Positions 58,628-64,000 of a DNA stretch of 64,000 nucleotides are shown piece by piece (positions within the stretch are counted from its first letter, which is position 1; each line of letters begins with the position of its first letter). This DNA is from an uncultured Acidobacteriota bacterium (GTDB lineage: Bacteria; Acidobacteriota; Thermoanaerobaculia; Multivoradales; JAHEKO01), in the NCBI GenBank assembly GCA_963713825.1, contig CAVQNG010000001.1, positions 224,001 to 288,000 on the forward strand, read 5' to 3'. The notes under the pieces are model-generated. The model worked only from the letters and a program-made list of their open reading frames with translations. It did not search any database and was not told the DNA's origin. A program made the position numbers and the translations under genes.

Positions 58628-59800
58628 GTGCGACGAGGAAAGGTAGCGGCCCAAATCCGCAGATGGGCCCTGGATGTCGGCTTCGATCCGGTTGGGATTG
58701 CACGCCTTGCACCGTCCTCCAGAGCGCGAGCGGTTCGACAGTGGATCGAGAATGGCGACCATGCAGGGATGGCCTACATGGGCCGACGGACCGAGCTGCG
58801 TCTCGATTCGAGAGAGATCTTTCCTGCCGCGAGGAGTGCCGTTTGCGTGGCTCTTCAGTACAGCCCACTGGAGGGCGTTCAGGCCATCGAAGGGGACCTC
58901 TGGCCTCGAGTCGCTCGCTACGCGAGAGGTGTCGATTATCACGATTTCATGAAGAGGCGGCTCGAGCTGCTGGCGGACAAGGTGAAAGAGGCCTTCCCAA
59001 GCTGCGAGACTCGTTCCTATGTCGATACCGGGCCCGTTCTGGAGAGAGAGCTCGCCGAGCGTGCCGGGTTGGGCGCCATAGGCAAGAATACGATGCTCTT
59101 GAACGAGACGTCCGGCTCTTGGATGTTGCTGGGCGAACTGTTCTTGAGCCTGGACCTCGAACCGGATACTGCTGTCGCTGATCTCTGTGGTAGTTGTACG
59201 CAATGTCTGGAGGCCTGTCCGACCGGTGCCCTTCCAGCGCCGTACCGATTGGATGCCAATAGATGCATCAGCTACTGGACGATCGAGCATCGGGGACCGC
59301 TGCCGCGGGATGTGAGGCGTCAGATGAATGGTTGGGTGTTCGGCTGCGACCTGTGTCAGGAAGCTTGCCCTTGGAACGAAGATGTTGTTCGAACCAATCA
59401 GCCAGAAATGCTACTGCCTGCCTGGAGAGCGGAGTTGGACCTGACAGGCCTGTTGCGGATCGATCGTGATCAGTATGTCGAGCGTTTTCGTGGCAGTCCC
59501 ATGAAGAGGACGAAGCAAGAGGGGTTGCAGAGAAATGCGGCCGTCGCGATGGGTAATTCAGGTGAGTCGCGTTTTGTTCCCGCTCTTCTGGAGGCACTGG
59601 ACAATGAGAGCGGGTTGGTACGACTCCACGTAGCGTGGGCGCTAGCGGAGATCGGTGGGGAGGCGGCTTTTGCTGGCCTGCAGGCGCGGCATGCAATCGA
59701 GGCAGAGCCTGAGGTCGCTCAGGAGATCGAGTGGGCTTTGTCACGGTTCGAGTCCGCGGGTGCCCCGAGCGCCCAAAGTTGTCCTGAACCCTTGGGTTGA
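58628..59800 (+). CDS. queG: tRNA epoxyqueuosine(34) reductase with HEAT-repeat tail
   Basis: ARYA.G.DYH, VDTGPVLER, CGSCTQCLEACPT, CISYWTIE and GCDLCQEACPWN. Confidence 0.95.
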   Translation: MRRGKVAAQIRRWALDVGFDPVGIARLAPSSRARAVRQWIENGDHAGMAYMGRRTELRLDSREIFPAARSAVCVALQYSPLEGVQAIEGDLWPRVARYARGVDYHDFMKRRLELLADKVKEAFPSCETRSYVDTGPVLERELAERAGLGAIGKNTMLLNETSGSWMLLGELFLSLDLEPDTAVADLCGSCTQCLEACPTGALPAPYRLDANRCISYWTIEHRGPLPRDVRRQMNGWVFGCDLCQEACPWNEDVVRTNQPEMLLPAWRAELDLTGLLRIDRDQYVERFRGSPMKRTKQEGLQRNAAVAMGNSGESRFVPALLEALDNESGLVRLHVAWALAEIGGEAAFAGLQARHAIEAEPEVAQEIEWALSRFESAGAPSAQSCPEPLG

Positions 59801-59825
59801 CAGTCCAAAGGGACCTTTCTATACT
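59797..59825 (+). promoter_or_regulatory. Near-consensus sigma70 promoter of the rpsA operon
   Basis: TTGACA (59797-59802), a 17-nt spacer and TATACT (59820-59825). Confidence 0.8.
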
Positions 59826-59927
59826 CTGAAACTTCGGGTTCTAAACGACTTATCGGAACTCGAATTTCCCGCCGTAGGGAAAGACAGACCCTTGGTCTGA
59901 TCCCATTGTCAAGGAGGAATGTGTCTT

Positions 59928-61886
59928 ATGGAGTCCATGGACGACAACGACCGTCAGGAGACTGACGTTACGTCCGAAAAGGACAACGATCGTCAGGAGA
60001 CTGACAGTACGTCCGAAAAGGACAACGACCGTCAGGAGACTGACAGTACGTCCGAAAGGATCGAAGAGAAGGAGGATTTCGATTACGAAGAGATGGTCAC
60101 TCTCTACGATGAGAGCATGCGTCATCTCAGTGAGGGACAGATCGTCACGGGGCGGGTCATCACGATCAGCCCGAACCATGTGGTGGTCGATGTGGGGTAC
60201 AAATCCGAGGGTTTGGTTCCGATAGCGGAATTCGTCGATTTCGAGGGCAATCTGTCCGTCGACATTGGCGACGATGTTGAGGTACTGCTGGAGCGCACCG
60301 AAGATGCGGAAGGTCACGTCCTGCTCTCCAAGCAGAAGGCCGAGAGGATGATGGTCTGGTCGGATATCGAAAAGAGCTACAAGGCAGGCGACATCATCCA
60401 TGGTCGGGTCATCGACCGGATCAAAGGTGGCCTGACTGTCGATGTCGGTATCCGTGCCTTTCTGCCGGGCTCCCTGGTCGATATCAAGCCGGTCAAGAAC
60501 CTGGAATCGCTCCGCGGACTGGAGCTCGAGTTCAAAGTCATCAGTATGGATCGGCGCAGGAACAACGTTGTCCTGTCTCGGAAGGCGGTTCTCGAGAAGG
60601 AGTTTGCCGCCAAGAAAGCAGACACCCTGACCAGGCTCGAAGAGGGCGTGATCCTCGACGGTGTAGTCAAGAACATCACGGACTACGGTGTTTTCGTCGA
60701 CTTGGGAGGCATCGATGGTCTCCTTCACATTACCGATATCTCCTGGGGTCGAGTCAATCACCCTTCAGAGCACTTCGCGATCGGCGACGAAGTCGAGGTA
60801 GTCGTGCTGAAGTTCGATCCGGAAACGGAGCGAGTGTCACTGGGCTACAAACAGAGGTCGGAAGACCCCTGGTCCCTGGTCGACAAGAAGTACCCTCTAG
60901 GCTCGAAGGTCCGGGGCAAGGTTGTGAGTCTGGTGGACTACGGTGCTTTCGTCGAGCTCGAGGAAGGTGTCGAGGGCTTGATCCATGTCAGCGAGATGTC
61001 GTGGACGAAGAAGGTCGTCAATCCGGCCAAGATTCTCGAAGTTGGGGACGAGGTAGAGGCCATCGTGTCGGAGCTCGATCTTCCGCAGCGGCGGATCAGC
61101 TTGTCCTTGCGTCAGGCCGAACGGAATCCGTGGGAGGAGTTGGCGATTTCCCATCCCGTCGGCAGCGTGATCGAAGGCAAGGTGCGGAACCTGACGGAAT
61201 TTGGCGCCTTTGTGCAGATCACCGAAGAGATCGACGGACTGATTCACGTCTCGGACATGAGCTGGACGAAGCGGGTCAAGCATCCTGGAGATGTCCTGAA
61301 CAAGGGCGACGACTTGCGAGCTCGGATCACGAATATCGATGTCGAGAATCAACGCGTGTCCCTGTCGATCAAGGAGTTTCTACCCAACGAGTGGGACAGC
61401 TTTGTCGAAGAGAGCCAGGTCGGCGACACCGTTACGGGCCGAGTGGTCAACGTCACGGACTTCGGTCTGTTCGTCGACATCTTCGAAGGCCTGGAAGGTC
61501 TGGCCCATGTCAGTGAGATCGAGAGTGGTGCGACTTCTCTGGAAGATCAATACTCGGTCGGTGAGTGGGTGAGTGCGAGGATCTTGCGGATCGAAGAGGA
61601 TGACAAGAAGGTGGGCCTGACCATGCGGGGTGTTCCTCAGCCGACAGCCGACGAGATCGCTGCGTTGGAGGCTGCTCATGCCGAGGCCGAGGCCGAACCT
61701 GATCAGGTGGCGACGGAGGCAGAGCCGAGTGACTCCGAGGCCGAGGATTTGGTGGAGGCTTCGGATGACGAGGCCGTCGTCGAGGTAGCCGACGAATCCG
61801 ACGCAGTGGTGGAGTCCGCCGAAGCGGACCGGCCGAAGTCGAGGCTGAAGACGAAGACGAAGCACTCGAGGCAGAGGTCGAAGTAG
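59928..61886 (+). CDS. rpsA: 30S ribosomal protein S1; acidic tail apparently frameshifted at about 61827 and continuing to 62257
   Basis: Six S1 repeats (VDVGYKSEG, AFLPGS, DYGVFVDLGGIDGLLH, EGLIHVSEMSW and others). AAGGAGG SD at 59911. Confidence 0.95.
   Translation: MESMDDNDRQETDVTSEKDNDRQETDSTSEKDNDRQETDSTSERIEEKEDFDYEEMVTLYDESMRHLSEGQIVTGRVITISPNHVVVDVGYKSEGLVPIAEFVDFEGNLSVDIGDDVEVLLERTEDAEGHVLLSKQKAERMMVWSDIEKSYKAGDIIHGRVIDRIKGGLTVDVGIRAFLPGSLVDIKPVKNLESLRGLELEFKVISMDRRRNNVVLSRKAVLEKEFAAKKADTLTRLEEGVILDGVVKNITDYGVFVDLGGIDGLLHITDISWGRVNHPSEHFAIGDEVEVVVLKFDPETERVSLGYKQRSEDPWSLVDKKYPLGSKVRGKVVSLVDYGAFVELEEGVEGLIHVSEMSWTKKVVNPAKILEVGDEVEAIVSELDLPQRRISLSLRQAERNPWEELAISHPVGSVIEGKVRNLTEFGAFVQITEEIDGLIHVSDMSWTKRVKHPGDVLNKGDDLRARITNIDVENQRVSLSIKEFLPNEWDSFVEESQVGDTVTGRVVNVTDFGLFVDIFEGLEGLAHVSEIESGATSLEDQYSVGEWVSARILRIEEDDKKVGLTMRGVPQPTADEIAALEAAHAEAEAEPDQVATEAEPSDSEAEDLVEASDDEAVVEVADESDAVVESAEADRPKSRLKTKTKHSRQRSK
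59943..60059 (+). repeat. 39-bp tandem repeat, three copies, in the rpsA 5' end (DNDRQETD[V/S]TSE[K/R])
   Basis: Units at 59943, 59982 and 60021 are nearly identical. Confidence 0.95.
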
Positions 61887-61970
61887 CCGACGAGTCCGAC
61901 GCAGTGGTGGAGTCCGCTGAACCGGCAGACGAACCGGCCGAAGTCGAGGCTGAAGTCGAAGTCGAGAAGG
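61779..61970 (+). repeat. Imperfect tandem duplication in the rpsA acidic tail (period 98 nt; first copy lacks 7 nt)
   Basis: GTCGARGTAGCCGACGARTCCGACGCAGTGGTGGAGTCCGC starts at both 61779 and 61877. Confidence 0.85.
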
Positions 61971-62257
61971 AAGAGGTCGCAGCCGAGAGCTCGGAGTCAG
62001 AGGGTGCCGAGGCGCCAGAAGAGGTCGTGGCCGACGAAGAGTCTGTCGAGGATGCCGAAGAAGCCGCTGTAAAGAGTGCGGAATCGGAAGATGTGGCAGG
62101 GCAGGGCGAAGTCGTGGCCGAAGATGAGACCGCGAAGGTGATCGAGCCCGCGAGTCCGCAAGCGGCAGCATCGGAGGAAGATCTCGAGTCGGAGAAAAGC
62201 GAAACAGCCTCCGCTGACGAAGCCGCCAAAGAAGAGGTCGAGGAGAAGGTAGACTAG
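61829..62257 (+). other. Out-of-frame continuation of the S1 Glu/Ala-rich tail
   Basis: The frame ending at TAG 62257 encodes the same E/A/V/S-rich sequence as the tail before 61827. Confidence 0.7.
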
Positions 62258-62358
62258 GTCCAAGTGGCGCTGGTTCGGTCCTTGGTCGGGAGCTCGTTGC
62301 GAAGTCGCTGACCCAGTCCCGGCCTCGACGAGAGCGAGATGTGCAAGTGAGGGGTGGA

Positions 62359-62640
62359 ATGACGAAAGCGGAATTGGTGGAGCAAGTTGCGGAGACAACG
62401 CAGCTCACCAAGAAGCACGCCGAGCTCATCGTGAATACGGTTTTCGAGAGTATCGTCGAATCGCTCAAGGAGGGCGAGAAGATCGAGCTCCGGGGGTTCG
62501 GCAGCTTTCGAATTCGCCAGCGCGGATCTCGGATCGGTCGCAATCCCAAGACCGGTGACCGGGTCGAGGTCCCTCCGAAGCGGATCCCCTACTTCAAGCC
62601 AGGCAAAGAGCTGAAGGAACTGCTGAATAACGACTCCTGA
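62359..62640 (+). CDS. ihfB: Integration host factor beta / HU-family protein
   Basis: MTKAELV, KIELRGFGSF, GRNPKTG and PYFKPGKELK. Follows rpsA. Confidence 0.85.
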   Translation: MTKAELVEQVAETTQLTKKHAELIVNTVFESIVESLKEGEKIELRGFGSFRIRQRGSRIGRNPKTGDRVEVPPKRIPYFKPGKELKELLNNDS

Positions 62641-62661
62641 GTCCGGTGATCGGCAGGGCCC

Positions 62662-63162
62662 ATGCAGACGCTGCTAACCCCGTGGAGGTTTGCCTACATT
62701 TCTGAGACTTCCTTGGAACCCGAGGGTTGTTTCTTTTGTGCTGCCGCAAAGCAGCCGGACGACCCGCAGCGTCTTGTCGTCGCGGTGGAGCGACATCATT
62801 TGGTGATGCTCAATCGCTATCCCTACACGAACGGTCATCTGATGGTTGCTCCCCTTCTGCACCTGCCCAATCCGGCGGTCGTCGGTGAGGAGGCTCGAGC
62901 CGAGTTTTGGCCGCTGGTCCTGAGGTGCCAAAGGGTACTTCAGCGAGCCTATGACCCGGACGGATTCAATATGGGGATGAATCTGGGGCGTGCAGGCGGT
63001 GCCGGGGTGCCCGAGCACTTCCATTTCCATGTCGTGCCCCGCTGGAGTGGCGACACGAATTTCATGAGTGTTGTAGCTGAAACGCGTTTGCTACCGGAGG
63101 AACCGGAGACGATCCGTCAGAAATTGCTGCCTCTGTTCGAAGAAGAGGAGGGAGTAGATTGA
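62662..63162 (+). CDS. HIT-family nucleotide hydrolase (Ap4A phosphorylase-like)
   Basis: TPWR..YI, CFFC, LNRYPY.NGH and HFHFHVVPRW.GD.NF. Confidence 0.92.
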   Translation: MQTLLTPWRFAYISETSLEPEGCFFCAAAKQPDDPQRLVVAVERHHLVMLNRYPYTNGHLMVAPLLHLPNPAVVGEEARAEFWPLVLRCQRVLQRAYDPDGFNMGMNLGRAGGAGVPEHFHFHVVPRWSGDTNFMSVVAETRLLPEEPETIRQKLLPLFEEEEGVD

Positions 63163-63575
63163 ACGAGAAAGACCCGGTTGCCGGATCTCCCGCCCTCGGT
63201 GAAGCAGATCTTCCCAAGGTTTTCGGCACCCTGGCAGTAGCCTGGTTGGTGCCTGGTGCAGGGCACTTTCTGCTCGGTAGGCGAGGCCGCGGCGTGGCCT
63301 TCTTCCTACTCGTGCTGGCGGCTGTGGTGACGGGAATTCTCTTGACGGGAAACCTGTATCGGGTCCTGCCGGACCAACCACTGACGATTCTGGCGACTCT
63401 CGGTTCCATGGGAATGGGTGCGCCCTATTTCTTTCTTCGGTTCTACCTCGGATACCAGGGTGACCTGACGTCGGTAGGCTATGAGTACGGCACGGCCTTT
63501 CTCCTCACGGCGGGATTGATGAACCTCTTGTTGGTCATGGATGCCTGGGACATTGCTCGCGGAAGAAAGGAATAA
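63159..63575 (+). CDS. DUF6677-like membrane protein
   Basis: AWLVPGAGH, EYGT.F...AGLMNLL and DAWDIA.G.KE. Confidence 0.75.
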   Translation: MNEKDPVAGSPALGEADLPKVFGTLAVAWLVPGAGHFLLGRRGRGVAFFLLVLAAVVTGILLTGNLYRVLPDQPLTILATLGSMGMGAPYFFLRFYLGYQGDLTSVGYEYGTAFLLTAGLMNLLLVMDAWDIARGRKE

Positions 63576-63589
63576 GGGGTAACGCCTCT

Positions 63590-63787
63590 ATGCCGATCAG
63601 TCATTTCTTTCTCATGACGCTCTACGCCCTGATCGTGAGCCTGTTTTTCGCGATTCTGTGGCGGCGCAATCGCCGCGATCAGGTCAGACTTCTGCTGCAA
63701 ATGTTCCTGGGCCTCGTTGGGGGTGCGTTGCTTCTGGCCTGGCTCATGTATCCGTTTCCTTCCGGCCCACCTGCACCGATACCTTGA
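63590..63787 (+). CDS. Small two-TM hypothetical protein
   Basis: SHFF.M..YA..VS.FFA...WLMYPFP. Co-oriented within the operon. Confidence 0.7.
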   Translation: MPISHFFLMTLYALIVSLFFAILWRRNRRDQVRLLLQMFLGLVGGALLLAWLMYPFPSGPPAPIP

Positions 63788-63828
63788 GCCACGGCCCGAC
63801 CTCGGTAGAGGGGCGTATCGAAGAGCCG

Positions 63829-64000
63829 ATGGATTTTCGCTCCCTTTTGATGGTCGCCGGCGAAGCGTCTGGCGACATGCACGCGGCGCGGCTGGCGAGT
63901 GAGATGCGCCGGCTCCGGCCCGACCTCCGGGTCTTCGGGATGGGGGGGGCGGAGTTGAGGGCAGTGGGAATGGAAGTGTTGGCGGACAGCGCTGATATTT
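63829..64000 (+). CDS. lpxB: Lipid-A-disaccharide synthase, 5' fragment
   Basis: My translation gives MDFRSLLMVAGEASGDMHAA...FGMGG, the LpxB N-terminal signature. It runs off the window. Confidence 0.88.
   Translation, partial: MDFRSLLMVAGEASGDMHAARLASEMRRLRPDLRVFGMGGAELRAVGMEVLADSADI

Noticed and set aside
59943-60059. 39-bp repeats as a possible CRISPR array
   Set aside because: The units are directly adjacent with no spacers, lie in frame within rpsA, and no cas genes are present.

Overview
A gene-dense, GC-rich (about 60% by eye) core-chromosome segment of a diderm bacterium. The gene order suggests Acidobacteriota, possibly Thermoanaerobaculia-like; this is inferred from blocks such as tsaB-rimI-DUF465-psd-Asd-like and rpsA-HU-HIT-DUF6677-lpxB. 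The window holds about 60 CDSs, mostly housekeeping genes. These cover DNA repair (mutS, ssb, uvrB, uvrC, recG), translation and tRNA (rpsF, rpsR, rplI, rplY, rpsA, pth, trpS, tsaB, queG, rluB, dtd), envelope (murJ, PBP1A, psd, lpxB) and metabolism (ispE, prs, cmk, rpiB, leucine dehydrogenase, Na+-PPase). It also contains tRNA-Gln(UUG) and the RNase P RNA. I see no mobile element, prophage, CRISPR array or defence island, and no clearly new multi-gene system. The best leads are: (i) a recurring -10 box 7-9 nt before SD-less start codons, suggesting leaderless mRNAs, with symmetric bidirectional -10 elements; (ii) a split 5-oxoprolinase coupled to an NRAMP-fold transporter lacking the metal-binding motif; (iii) rpsA with an N-terminal 39-bp tandem repeat and a long acidic tail broken by a 7-nt deletion; (iv) a lipoprotein in the lolB syntenic slot; (v) a catalytically degenerate Asd homolog; (vi) myxobacteria-like signalling modules (MshEN, HPS-type J-domain/TPR, cNMP-FHA); and (vii) structured leaders before rpsF and ldh. 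All family assignments come from motif recognition by eye; no database search was run.
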